This document shows positions 40,544-51,414 of a DNA stretch of 64,000 nucleotides, in pieces. The first letter of the stretch is position 1; each line of letters opens with the position of its first letter. A program made the translations under genes and the position numbers. The stretch is taken from assembly GCA_963703315.1 (NCBI GenBank), contig OY969811.1:2016001-2080000 (forward strand). Direction: 5' to 3'. Source of the DNA: an uncultured cyanobacterium. GTDB taxonomy: Bacteria > Cyanobacteriota > Cyanobacteriia > Pseudanabaenales > Pseudanabaenaceae. Below the pieces are notes generated by a model. That model worked only from the letters and a program-made list of their open reading frames with translations, ran no database searches and had not been told where the DNA came from.

Positions 40544-41170
40544 ATGATGATTCAAACTTTACCGAAAGTGACGACCTTTGATGAATTTGTGGGATTTCTT
40601 CCCGAAAATTCTGGCGTGCGTTACGAACTACATAACGGAAATATTATTGAAATGGCTCAACCAGTTGGAGATCACGAAGAAGTTAAAAGCTTTTTAGGTG
40701 TGGAAATCCCCTTTGAAATCAAACGATTGGGACTACCATACGGTATTCCTAACCAAGTGATCGTCAGACCTGAAGGTAAAGATTCTGGATATTTCCCAGA
40801 CATATTGGTAATGAATCGCGCCAACTTAATTAACGAACCACGCTGGAAAAAAGAATCAGTTCTTAGTCAAGGTGCATCCATACCTTTAGCGATCGAAATT
40901 GTATCTACCAATTGGCGAGATGATTATCATTTGAAATTTGCCGATTATGAGGAAATGGGAATAGCTGAATATTGGATTATTGACTATGCGGCACTGGGTG
41001 GACGAAACTTTATTGGTAATCCCAAACAGCCAACTATATCAGTTTGTAATTTGGTGGATGGAGAATATCAAATTAGCAAATTCCAAAATAGCGATCGCCT
41101 AATTTCGCAAATCTTCCCTGAACTAAATCTCACTGCCAATCAAATTTTTACATCAGAGCTTCCCAATTAA
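40544..41170 (+). CDS. Uma2 (DUF820) family endonuclease
   Basis: 'RYELHNG', 'PD', 'IEIVSTNWRDDY..K..DYE.MGIAEYWIID'. Confidence 0.9.
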   Translation: MMIQTLPKVTTFDEFVGFLPENSGVRYELHNGNIIEMAQPVGDHEEVKSFLGVEIPFEIKRLGLPYGIPNQVIVRPEGKDSGYFPDILVMNRANLINEPRWKKESVLSQGASIPLAIEIVSTNWRDDYHLKFADYEEMGIAEYWIIDYAALGGRNFIGNPKQPTISVCNLVDGEYQISKFQNSDRLISQIFPELNLTANQIFTSELPN

Positions 41171-41726
41171 AAATCACATCAGGAAATGTAAGTAGAGAGA
41201 GGGTATCACCCTGTTCATAGCGCTGCGATCGCTTATAGCCTGAAGCTGACGGTTGGGAATAACCTTCGATACTTTGTTGATTGACATCAAAAAGCCACAT
41301 TTCAGGAATCCCATTAGCAGCATATAGGAGCGCTTTCACATCGCGGTCATAGGCGATCGTGCTGTCAGCAACTTCGATAATCAACAAAATATCCTCTGGT
41401 GTTGGCAAAGCACTAGCATAAAAATCATCACGCCATTTGAGGATGGCAAGATCTGGTTGAGGTTCTGAATTATTTGATAGGCGGATTGGGTTTTGCGTCC
41501 AAATAATTGTCTGATCGCCTAATTTCCTTTCAAAATTTTTAGTCAAACGAGTCACACAAACCGCGTGCTTGATGCCAATCGGGGACATTTCTCTGATTTC
41601 TCCATTAATTAATTCATAGCGATCGCCGACCGCAAACACACCCGCTTCATGCATAAGATAGTATTGCTGCACGGTGAACTTATGGATATTGCTCGTAAAA
41701 CTGGGTGTAACTAGTTGGGCTGTCAT
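41148..41726 (-). CDS. Uma2 (DUF820) family endonuclease
   Basis: 'YELINGEI..MSPIG..H', 'SEPQPD', 'IEVADST..YDR.VK..LYA..GIPE.W'. Confidence 0.9.
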   Translation of the reverse strand: MTAQLVTPSFTSNIHKFTVQQYYLMHEAGVFAVGDRYELINGEIREMSPIGIKHAVCVTRLTKNFERKLGDQTIIWTQNPIRLSNNSEPQPDLAILKWRDDFYASALPTPEDILLIIEVADSTIAYDRDVKALLYAANGIPEMWLFDVNQQSIEGYSQPSASGYKRSQRYEQGDTLSLLTFPDVIFNWEALM

Positions 41727-41750
41727 CGTATTTCACCTGAATTCGGATAG

Positions 41751-41855
41751 ATTAGAGCTTTCATGCTAGATGTTTAGTATTGTTAGACTCAAGATTAGCG
41801 ATTTAAGCGATCGCTTACTTCTTTATTTGCATATTTTCGCATATTGATTGATAAG
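41751..41855 (+). repeat. ~105-bp direct repeat, copy 1 (copy 2 at 51203-51412, upstream of leuS)
   Basis: attagagctttcatgct..atgtttagtat..agactcaaga..gcatattttcgcatattgattgataag present at both sites. Confidence 0.85.
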
Positions 41856-41965
41856 CGCCAATTCAAGGATGAAATGCAACACCGAGAGATCTTTGCGTAA
41901 AGGGACTTATAAGGATACAGTGACCAATGCCAAAGCACTGCCAATTCTTGATTAGTAAAGGAATA

Positions 41966-43636
41966 TTAAAAACTAAATACTGTGCGTAAGCTCAAGATCG
42001 AGATTGTGCCATTAGTACTGTTGTTATTAGGATTAAAGATCATCTGCAAATCTGGCGTGATTGTAATCTGCGAGGAAATGGGGAATTTAACAAATAACTC
42101 AAGATTAGTTTGAGTCGCGTTGCCCACATTTCCATCGATAAAGGGTTGCCCGATCGCGATCGCGCCCAAACCACCTTCAGTAAATAAATCGGGAAAGGAC
42201 AGTCCTAATGACCATGTTTGCGGCTGAATGGAACTACCTGCAAAGTTGGCATTGATATAGGTGGGTAATGCATCACGAATAGGATTGTCGCGGTTTTGAA
42301 TGGAACCGAATCCATATCTGCCAAATACTGCGAAGCCTTTGTTAATTAACCATTCAAAGTTCAGACCACCGATATTGTAATCCAGATTATTGACGGAGCC
42401 ATTGGTATATTGCAAACGGATAGATACAGGTGTGTTTTCTTGGGCATCTTTTGGCGCAAATTCTAATTCAGCGATCGCTTGATAGGGGTCGCCAAATAGC
42501 CCTTGATTAATATTGCGAGTCGGATCACTGGTAGCAAATCCTGCGCCAGTCGTGACATAACCTAATCTCAAAGTAAAGTCTCCTTGATGAGGATTCCATT
42601 CAACTAAGCCGCCAGTGCCATCATTTACAGGCAATAAAAGCGGATTACTGATAAAGATACTGGACGAAAAATCTATAGTTTCGTCATTAGAGAAGCTGTT
42701 TAAATCAAAATAATCATTTAGGGCTAATACTGGTGCGATCGTGACTTTGATATCTTTGTCTATCGGAAATGTATAGCGAAAAGCCCCCAAATAAAATTCT
42801 GGAGAAATTCCTCCATATTCTAATTCAGAACTACTAGCAAAACCACCATAGCCAATAAATTGGTCGGGTTGGTCTAAAAAGCTGCCAACACTTAAGCCAC
42901 TGTTACCAGCTTCTAGTCTGGTATATAAGAGATCTTCCCCAGTAAAGCTGGTACTTAGATTCAATCTCACGATCGCGATCACATTAGTATTCGGGTTTAA
43001 CTGGCTGGAAATGATTGAGTTTTGATCGACATCTAAAGCAGGTTGAGCAAGGTCACTTTTACTGGCGTAATTAGCAGCGATCGCCATAATCGCCACTCCA
43101 TTCAATTTAGTTGTGGGTGAGAAAGAGTTTGCTTCTAAATCGTTGGTTTTAGCTTCCAGATTGGTGACGGTATTAGTTAGCGATGATAGCTCTGTCGCAA
43201 AGTTTGCTTGCAATTTTTGTAAAGTAATGAAGTCTGTTTGACTTAGTTTATTTTCTAGAGCAGTTTGCAGTTGCTGCGTTAGGCGATCGCTGCAAGCTCT
43301 GAGCGCGGCGGCAAATTCATAACGAGACAAAGCGCGATCGCCTTGATAAGTCAAATTTGGATAGCCGACTAGGCATTTATAGCGATCGACAAGGGATTGC
43401 AAGGCGACAAAAGCCCAATCCTGAGAGCTAATGTCTGTGAGTTGAGAAACATTTGGATAGGAGTTAGATGCTTGAGACAAAAAAAGTACATTGTCACTAT
43501 CATTGCGATTTGAAACTTTGTTTAATTCAGGAGTCTCTTGCGCCAATAGCTGATTCAGAAAAGAAGTGTTTGCTGAAAAAATAATTGCGCCAAACAATAG
43601 CAATTTACCAAAAGATTTATCTAACAATAGAGCCAT
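41966..43636 (-). CDS. SLH + OprB-type cyanobacterial outer-membrane porin
   Basis: 'VSQLTDI...DWAFVALQSLVDRYKC', 'SRYEFAA', 'FSPTTKLNG', C-terminal 'LRTVFSF'. Confidence 0.9.
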   Translation of the reverse strand: MALLLDKSFGKLLLFGAIIFSANTSFLNQLLAQETPELNKVSNRNDSDNVLFLSQASNSYPNVSQLTDISSQDWAFVALQSLVDRYKCLVGYPNLTYQGDRALSRYEFAAALRACSDRLTQQLQTALENKLSQTDFITLQKLQANFATELSSLTNTVTNLEAKTNDLEANSFSPTTKLNGVAIMAIAANYASKSDLAQPALDVDQNSIISSQLNPNTNVIAIVRLNLSTSFTGEDLLYTRLEAGNSGLSVGSFLDQPDQFIGYGGFASSSELEYGGISPEFYLGAFRYTFPIDKDIKVTIAPVLALNDYFDLNSFSNDETIDFSSSIFISNPLLLPVNDGTGGLVEWNPHQGDFTLRLGYVTTGAGFATSDPTRNINQGLFGDPYQAIAELEFAPKDAQENTPVSIRLQYTNGSVNNLDYNIGGLNFEWLINKGFAVFGRYGFGSIQNRDNPIRDALPTYINANFAGSSIQPQTWSLGLSFPDLFTEGGLGAIAIGQPFIDGNVGNATQTNLELFVKFPISSQITITPDLQMIFNPNNNSTNGTISILSLRTVFSF

Positions 43637-45367
43637 AAACTTGTTACAGATCTTAACTGAGATCCGCTTTATTTAATAATTTTAGCAAAAAATTACAAGT
43701 ATAAATGACAAAATTTACGATTGTAATCAGTCTAATTAATTGTAATTTTATAATACAATTAATTAGACATTTTTTAAAATCTTGGTTTCATAGTCATAAT
43801 TTCTGTAAACCTTTGTTTTTGAGCCTCATGATTTCCTCATTTTTTAGTGCAATACTTCCGACAGTTCCAAAACCTTGTGTCAACGACCCCATATGTATAT
43901 GGCTAGTATTTTGGTCTTTATTTAAATTACCGTTAGCTTTTGAGCCAACAGCCAACTAAATCAAAATACTGCACAAAAAGCCTTATAGACTCGTTAAAAA
44001 AATGTCCGAAGTATTGATAATAGAAATTCTGAATTAGCAATCGATCATAGAACAAAATGCTTTTGCAAATTTATTAAGATTGACATACAATTATTATTAG
44101 TTGATTTTAACAACTAATAATAAGTATTTTTAACTATTAAGTCCGTAAATACTTATTAGTTAAAAATACCTATTAGTTAAAAATAACAATCTATAGCACT
44201 CCTAAATCTATAAAAATGCCTAAATTATTTGTAGATTTTTAGATTTGCTATATTCGTCTTCAAGTTATAGTGAGGATCGCCATTATAAATATGTTTGTTA
44301 AACTACAAAATTGCTACTTTTTATTATTAATTTGATCTGTAATCAGAAATATTTATGACGCAATATTGAGAAATCATCTTTTCGATTGAGTGTATTCCTA
44401 GTCAATATTTATAACTGTGGGCTGTTTTATGCCACTCATCTCAGAATCTGCACAACCAAAGTCTCAAAAACAGGGTATATCCTTACAGCTTTTGTTAGTC
44501 GTGCCATTTGTTTTGCAGATTTTTGCAGCAGTAGGGATTACAGGATATATCTCACTACGCAATGGTCAACAATCTGTCAACGATCTTGCCAGTCAGTTAA
44601 ATAGCAAAACTGGTCGTCTGGTTGAGCAGCATTTAGATAGTTATTTGGGTGTTCCTCCCAAAATCAATCAAATTAACGTTGATGCGATCGCCGTTGGTTT
44701 ACTTGACTTAAAAGATTTTGCAAAGGCTGGGCGCTATTTTTGGAAGCAAATGCAAGCTTATAATGTTGCCTACATTAGTTATGGATTAGCAAACGGGGAC
44801 TATATCGGTGCAGGTTATCTCAAGGAAGGCTCGGAAATCGTTATTGATGAAATCTCTAGCAAAACTAAAGGTAAAGCTTTTACTTATAAGGTCGATGTCG
44901 ATGGCAATCGTCTGGAAAAATTTCGTAAATATGAGTATAAACCTTTGGAGGAGTCTTGGTATCCTAGAACTGTAGAGGCTAACAAACCAATTTGGACAGA
45001 AGTTTACGCTTGGGATAATGGCAAAGGGGATTTTGGTATTTCTCACAATCAACCTATTTATGGGAAGCAGAAAGAAATTGTCGGGATAATGAGTGTCGAT
45101 TTTTTATTGAGTGGAATTAGTGACTTTCTGACTCGAATTCAGCTTAGTCCTTCCGCGCAAATATTTGTGATTGAACGAAATGGGCTGTTAGTCGCTAATT
45201 CTAATAAGCAAAAAGTGATTGCGACTATTAATGGTAAAGAAGATCGCCTTAATATTCTTCAAAGCCAAGATCCACTGGTACGCGAAACTGCAAAGCATTT
45301 ACAGCAAAAGTTTGGTGATTTTAAGACGATCCAAACGGAATTTCAAAGCTCAGACTTTATATACCAA

Positions 45368-47083
45368 CCCACATTCCGCTCGTAATGGAAGGGTAAAATA
45401 ATTAACTAAAGGTAAGGCACAAGAGCAAAAAGAGGAGGCAGGTATTAATACAGAGATGAAAGTAACGAACCTAGACCATCTAGGGATCGTGGCAGGAATC
45501 ATCGACGAGATGGGAATCGTGGAAGAAATAAACACGATAATCGGGAGAAGCTCAAGAGAAAAAGTAAGTGCAGGAGTAATTGTCAAAGCCATGCTCCTGA
45601 ATGGATTAGGATTTGTATCAGCACCCCTGTATATGTTTGGTAAATTCTTTGAAGGGAAACCAACCGAGCACTTATTGGGGGAAGGGATAACAGCCGAACA
45701 AATCAATGATGACCGCATCGGTAAAGTACTGGATGACTTACATGAAGCAGGACTGAGTGAGACATTTTTAGGAATCAGCCTGAAAGCAGTAGCAAAATAC
45801 GATGTCAAGGTAGAAACAGGACATATAGACTCAACCTCATTTCACGTAGATGGGGAATATGGCAGAGAGGAAGAAGGGAGTATCGAAATCACACACGGAT
45901 ATTCACGCGACCATCGCCCCGACCTGAAGCAATTTATGATGAACCTGATCTGTGTAGGAGATGGAGACATTCCCGTGATGATGGAAGTGGTAAGTGGAAA
46001 TCAAGCCGACAAAGCAAGATTTGCAGGACTATTACAAGAATTCAAAACCCAGTGGACATTTGAGGGAATATGCGTAGGCGATGCAGCGCTATACAGTGAA
46101 GAAAATCTGGTAGCAATGACAGGACTAAAATGGCTAACCCGAGTGCCATTAAGCATCAAAACTGCAAGTGACTTAGTGTCAAGCACAACTGACCTACAAG
46201 AAAGTAAATTTAAGGGATACAGGACAGCCGAAACTGTGAGTGAGTATGGTGGTGTAAGACAGAGATGGATTTTAGTTGATAGCCAAGCAAGACGTAAATC
46301 AGACATCAAAAAGTTAGACAAAAAGCTTGAGCAAGTCCAGCAAAAATGTCATCAAGATTTACACACTTTGGCGGGACAAGATTTTGCCTGTGCTGCTGAC
46401 GCGATCGCTGCTGCTGAAAAATTATCAACCAAGATGAAATGGCATCAACTCGACCATATTCAGGCAGTAGAAAAACCACATTATGCGAAACGGGGTAAGC
46501 CACAACCTGATGCTATACCCACCAGCATTAGTTATCGGATTACTGCAACGGTGATTCCTATAGACTCAGAAATCTTGGCTCAGCAACAGCGTTGTGGCAG
46601 GTTTATTTTAGCCACGAATATTCTTGATTCCTTACAATTCACGGCTGATGATGCTTTACGGGAATACAAGGCTCAGCAGAGCACTGAGCGTGGTTTTCGT
46701 TTCCTCAAAGATCCTTTGTTTTTTACTTCGAGTGTTTTTCTCAAGTCTGCTAAACGCATTGAGGCTTTGGGCATGATTATGGCACTGTGCTTGCTCGTTT
46801 ATAATTTAGCCCAACGTCAACTCAGACTTGCCTTAGCCATCGCTCAAGATACTATTCCTAATCAATTGGGTAAACCCACTAATTCGCCAACTTTGCGTTG
46901 GATTTTTCAATGTTTTATGGCGGTTCATTTAGTTTCTTTTCAGAACCTGACTCAAGTTGCAAATTTGTCTCCGCTTCGCCTTCACATTTTGAATTTCTTT
47001 TCTCCCTCCTGCCAACGCTACTATTTGCTCCCTGCTCCTGTTTCGTAATTGTTTTTTTTCTTCCATTACGAGCGGAATGTGGG
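45368..47083 (+). mobile_element. IS1634-family insertion sequence (1716 bp)
   Basis: Perfect 24-bp TIR CCCACATTCCGCTCGTAATGGAAG; 6-bp TSD TACCAA. Confidence 0.93.
45456..47048 (+). CDS. IS1634-family DDE transposase
   Basis: 'LDHLGIVAG', 'HIDSTSF', '[12 protein letters not shown]', 'VGDAALY', '[10 protein letters not shown]'. Confidence 0.9.
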   Translation: MKVTNLDHLGIVAGIIDEMGIVEEINTIIGRSSREKVSAGVIVKAMLLNGLGFVSAPLYMFGKFFEGKPTEHLLGEGITAEQINDDRIGKVLDDLHEAGLSETFLGISLKAVAKYDVKVETGHIDSTSFHVDGEYGREEEGSIEITHGYSRDHRPDLKQFMMNLICVGDGDIPVMMEVVSGNQADKARFAGLLQEFKTQWTFEGICVGDAALYSEENLVAMTGLKWLTRVPLSIKTASDLVSSTTDLQESKFKGYRTAETVSEYGGVRQRWILVDSQARRKSDIKKLDKKLEQVQQKCHQDLHTLAGQDFACAADAIAAAEKLSTKMKWHQLDHIQAVEKPHYAKRGKPQPDAIPTSISYRITATVIPIDSEILAQQQRCGRFILATNILDSLQFTADDALREYKAQQSTERGFRFLKDPLFFTSSVFLKSAKRIEALGMIMALCLLVYNLAQRQLRLALAIAQDTIPNQLGKPTNSPTLRWIFQCFMAVHLVSFQNLTQVANLSPLRLHILNFFSPSCQRYYLLPAPVS

Positions 47084-48894
47084 TACCAAGGCGAGCACCA
47101 ATTTTTGCAAGTCACACCTTGGCGTGATCGCTATGGATTAGATTGGCTGGTGGTGGTAGTCGTGCCTGAGTCAGACTTTATGGCGCAGATCAATGCCAAT
47201 ACGCGCACCACGATTTTGCTTTGTCTTGTGGCACTGGCGATCGCCATTTTGGTGGGACTGATCACATCGCGTTGGATCGCCAAACCGATTCAAGGTTTAA
47301 ATAAAGCTGCCGCCGCGATCGCTGAGGGCGAACTAGAAACTCGCGTAAATATTCAAGGCATTAATGAATTAGAAGTCCTATCAACTTCCTTTAATCAGAT
47401 GGCTTCCGAACTGCAAGAATCCTTTGAAAATCTGGAAGATAAAGTTGCCGATCGCACGATAGAACTCCAAAAAGCCAAGGAACAAGCTGAAGTTGCCAAT
47501 GTTGCCAAAAGTGAATTTCTCGCTAACATGAGCCATGAACTGCGAACACCATTAAATGCGATCTTAGGCTTTACCCAAATCATGAACCGCGATCGCAGCC
47601 TCAATAAATCACAACTTGAGAATCTCGGTATCATCGGTCGTAGCGGCGAGCATTTATTGGCTCTGATTAATGATGTCCTTGATATGTCCAAAATTGAATC
47701 AGGAAGAATCGCCCTCCATGAGACTGATTTTGACCTACGCGAAACTCTTTATTTGGTCGTAGAAATGTTTCAAATGCGTGCTGATACTAAGGACTTATAT
47801 CTTAAACTCGAACAATCAGCCGACCTCCCTCAATTTGTCCGCACTGATGAAAAGAAACTACGCCAAGTCTTGATTAATCTGATTAGTAATGCCCTTAAAT
47901 TCACGAAAACAGGCGGAATTACCATCGAGGTGAAGCTTGAGAATTTAAGAGATAATAATTCATTAGCAAATATCCATTTTTCAGTTAGCGATACTGGTGA
48001 TGGCATTGCTGCCGATGAAGCCGATAAGGTCTTTGATCCATTTATGCAAACAGAATCAGGACGCAAATCTGAGCAAGGTACAGGTTTAGGCTTACCAATC
48101 AGCCGTAAGTTCGTGCAACTCATGGGCGGCGATATCACCTTCAAGAGTGAAGTTGGCATTGGTACAGTTTTTGAGTTTAGTATCCAAGCAAAAATAAGTG
48201 AATCGGCTAAGGCGATCGCTGCTAAACCCATCAGTCGAGTCATTGGTCTCGCACCCAATCAAAAAAACTATCGAATTTTAGCCGTTGACGATCGCTGGGA
48301 AAATCGTCAAATTCTTTTAAAACTATTGACTCCAATTGGCTTTGAAGTAAAAGAAGCTGAAAATGGACAGATCGCGATTAATATTTGGGAACAATGGCAA
48401 CCAGATTTAATTTGGATGGATATGCGAATGCCTGTAATGAATGGCTATGAAGCTACTACCCAGATCCGATCCCACCTCAAAGGTCAAGCAACTACAATTA
48501 TCGCGCTCACAGCCAGTACCTTAGAAGAAGAAAGAGCAATCGTCCTATCGGCAGGTTGTGATGATTTTGTACGCAAACCCTTTCTCGAAGATACTATCTT
48601 TGAGAAGATGTCACAATATCTTGGTGTGCAGTACGTTTATGAAGCGATCGCCCCCAGTCAGCCAAAATCTAGTGAAGCTCCAGTCAAATTCACGGCTGAG
48701 TCGCTGTTGGTAATGCCCAAAGCATGGCTAATCGAACTTGAGCAGGCTGCTTCACAACTAGATGGCAATGCGATCGCGCAGTTATTAACCCAAGTACCAC
48801 AGGAGCATTTCCTGATTACTAAAGAGATTGAAGATCATGTTAATGATTTTGACTTTGATCGAATTATCACTTTGGTGCAAGAGGCAATTTCCCC

Positions 48895-51151
48895 ATGAAT
48901 GAATCTATCAACTCACCTCAAAATTCATCTTCAGCGATTATAACTGGATTCACAAAAACAGAAAGAGTGATTTTGATTGTTGATGACTTACCTGACAATC
49001 TCCGTGTTTTGTCCGCCGCCTTGTCAGGACAAGGATTCCAAATTCGTTGCGCTAAAAGTGGGGCGATCGCACTGATGGCAGTCCAGACAACTTGTCCAGA
49101 TTTGATCTTGCTAGATATCAAAATGCCTGACATGGACGGTTACGAAGTTTGTCAGCGACTCAAAGCATCTGAATCTACTTGCGATACTCCGATCATCTTT
49201 TTAAGTGCCTTAGATGATGTTTTTGATAAGGTCAAAGCTTTTAACCTTGGTGGTGCTGACTATATTACCAAGCCCTTTCAAGTTGAAGAAGTCTTAATCC
49301 GTGTTAAACATCAACTATCAACTTAAAGCCGCCCAAGCCGAAATTTTTCAACTTAATCAGCAACTCGAAGAACGTATTCAGCGTCGTACTCAACAGTTGG
49401 AAATCACCAATCAAGCGTTACAGCAAGAAATTACTGAACGTCAACTTATCCAAGAATCTTTGAAAGTGAGTGAAGAGCGATTAGACAGTATTCTAGGTGC
49501 GATCGAAGATGTTGTTTGGTCTATGGATGAAACTATGTCCAAGACTCTCTATCTTAACTCTGCTGTAGAAAGAATCTATGGTTATCCAATGTCTGATTTC
49601 TTGGAAGATCATCACCTCTGGCTAAAGGTTATTCATCCTGAGGATCGTCTTCGTGTTAAAAATATTACGCACACGATCCTGCTCACAGGTAGTTTTAACG
49701 AAGAATATCGGATTTTACGCCCCGATCAGGAAATTCGCTGGATCAACAATCAGGGACATTGTATTTACGATCGCGATGGCAAGCTGCTCCGTATTGATGG
49801 CATTGTCCGCGATATCACCGCGCAGAAAAAGGCACAGCAGCAACTAGTCCATGATGCGTTCCATGACGCACTGACAAATTTACCTAATCGCAACCTGTTT
49901 ATGGAAAGGATTGAGCAAGCCCTCAATCACAACAAACGACATCCCCAATATCTGTTTGCGGTCATGTTTATCGATCTAGATCGATTCAAGATGATTAACG
50001 ATAGCCTCGGTCATGCAGTTGGTGATCAGTTTTTGCAAGCGATCGCCAAACTATTGGCAAGCTGTCTCCGAGGAGGCGATACTGTGGCGCGTCTTGGTGG
50101 TGACGAATTCACAATTCTAGTTAACGATATGCGTGAACCTAGCGAGGCAGTGATGATTGCTGAGCGCATTCTCAATAAATTTCTACATCCAATTGAGATA
50201 GATAATCAATCCATCTTTGGCAGTGTGAGTATCGGTATCGTGATCAGCAACCCAGAATATGAGACTGCTGATAATTTACTTAGAGATGCTGATATTGCGA
50301 TGTATCGCGCCAAAGCTCTTGGTAAAGGCAGGTACACGATGTTTGACAAGGAAATGTATGAGCAAAATCTTAAGACGATTCAACTTGATAACGATTTGCG
50401 CTACGCCCTAGAACGCCAAGAATTTGAGCTATATTATCAACCGATCATCCATCTACCCTCTGAGAAATTAGCTGGTTTTGAAGCGCTAATCCGTTGGCAT
50501 CATCCTGAACGCGGCTTAGTGCCACCGAATGAGTTCATCTCCCTTGCCGAAGAAACGGGCTTAATTATTGCGATCGGTGATTGGGTTCTCCATCAAGCTT
50601 GTCAACAAATGCGTACTTGGCGAAGCAAATTTCCTGAAGCCCAATCGCTTAAGATGAGTGTTAATCTTACTTGTCAGCAAATACGCGAAAAAGATCTAAT
50701 CGAGAAACTAGATCGGGTCTTAGCGGTATCAGGAATCGATGGTAGTATCCTCCGTCTAGAAATCACCGAAAGCTCAATGATGGATCAAGGTGAAGAAACG
50801 ATCTCCAAACTAGAAGAATTACGCGCCCGCAATATCCAACTGAGCATTGATGACTTTGGACAGGGTTATTCTTCTCTCAGCTATCTCCATCGCTTTCCCG
50901 TAAATACTCTCAAAATTGATCGCAGTTTTGTGGAACTAATGAGCCTCGGCGGACAAAATCTTGCGATTATCCGCACGATTATCATTCTTGCCCATGCTCT
51001 AGATATGAATGTAGTAGCAGAAGGTGTAGAGACCCGTGAACAGATGTCCATGTTAAAGCAATTGGGCTGTGAGTATGGTCAAGGCTATTTTTTCTCTCGT
51101 CCGATCATCGCTGCGGCTGCCGAACAAATAATTAACAACCAAAAGATATAG
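48895..51151 (+). pseudogene. REC-PAS-GGDEF-EAL response regulator split by a +1 frameshift near 49318
   Basis: REC ORF ends ..KHQLST*; the overlapping frame continues QLKAAQAEI.., then PAS, GGDEF (RLGGDEF) and EAL (FEALIRW, DDFGQGYSS). Removing 1 nt gives 751 aa. Confidence 0.8.
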
Positions 51152-51202
51152 CTCGCTATTAGGACAAATCAAAACCCACTTATCCTATTGATCTATCAAC
51201 AA

Positions 51203-51412
51203 ATTAGAGCTTTCATGCTAAATGTTTAGTATTATTAAGACTCAAGACTAGCGATCTAATACCAATTCACGAAAGTGTGACTACACTTTTGTGAATTAAA
51301 AACCAAACCCAGTAAGGATTTTCAGATTAAGAAATGGCTACGCCATTTCTTAATCTGGTATGAGCAATCGCTTGCTTTCCTATTCGCATATTTTCGCATA
51401 TTGATTGATAAG
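51203..51412 (+). repeat. Direct repeat copy 2, carrying a ~100-bp palindromic insert (51259-51361)
   Basis: Matches 41751-41855; insert bounded by ATACCA/TGGTAT, with a hairpin related to 10895-10928. Confidence 0.8.
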
Positions 51413-51414
51413 TA

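Larger units (their letters stand above)
44429..48898 (+). pseudogene. Cache-HAMP hybrid histidine kinase interrupted by IS1634-family element
   Basis: ..SDFIYQ | GEHQFLQV.. rejoins in frame after removing the IS and one TSD (915 aa); '[10 protein letters not shown]', REC 'DLIWMD'. Confidence 0.9.

Noticed and set aside
40544..41726. Uma2 pair (and DUF29 genes) as a defence or toxin-antitoxin system
   Set aside because: Both families are highly expanded and scattered in cyanobacteria. The convergent orientation gives no sign of an operon.
43705..43959. 84-aa ORF in the porin/kinase divergent spacer
   Set aside because: AT-rich, atypical composition; probably spurious within a promoter region.
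45350..46503. Minus-strand ORFs inside the IS1634 element
   Set aside because: Antisense shadows of the transposase.
46898..47083. N-terminus of the 666-aa ORF as a genuine kinase start
   Set aside because: This stretch is IS right-end sequence. The real gene starts at 44429 and is interrupted.
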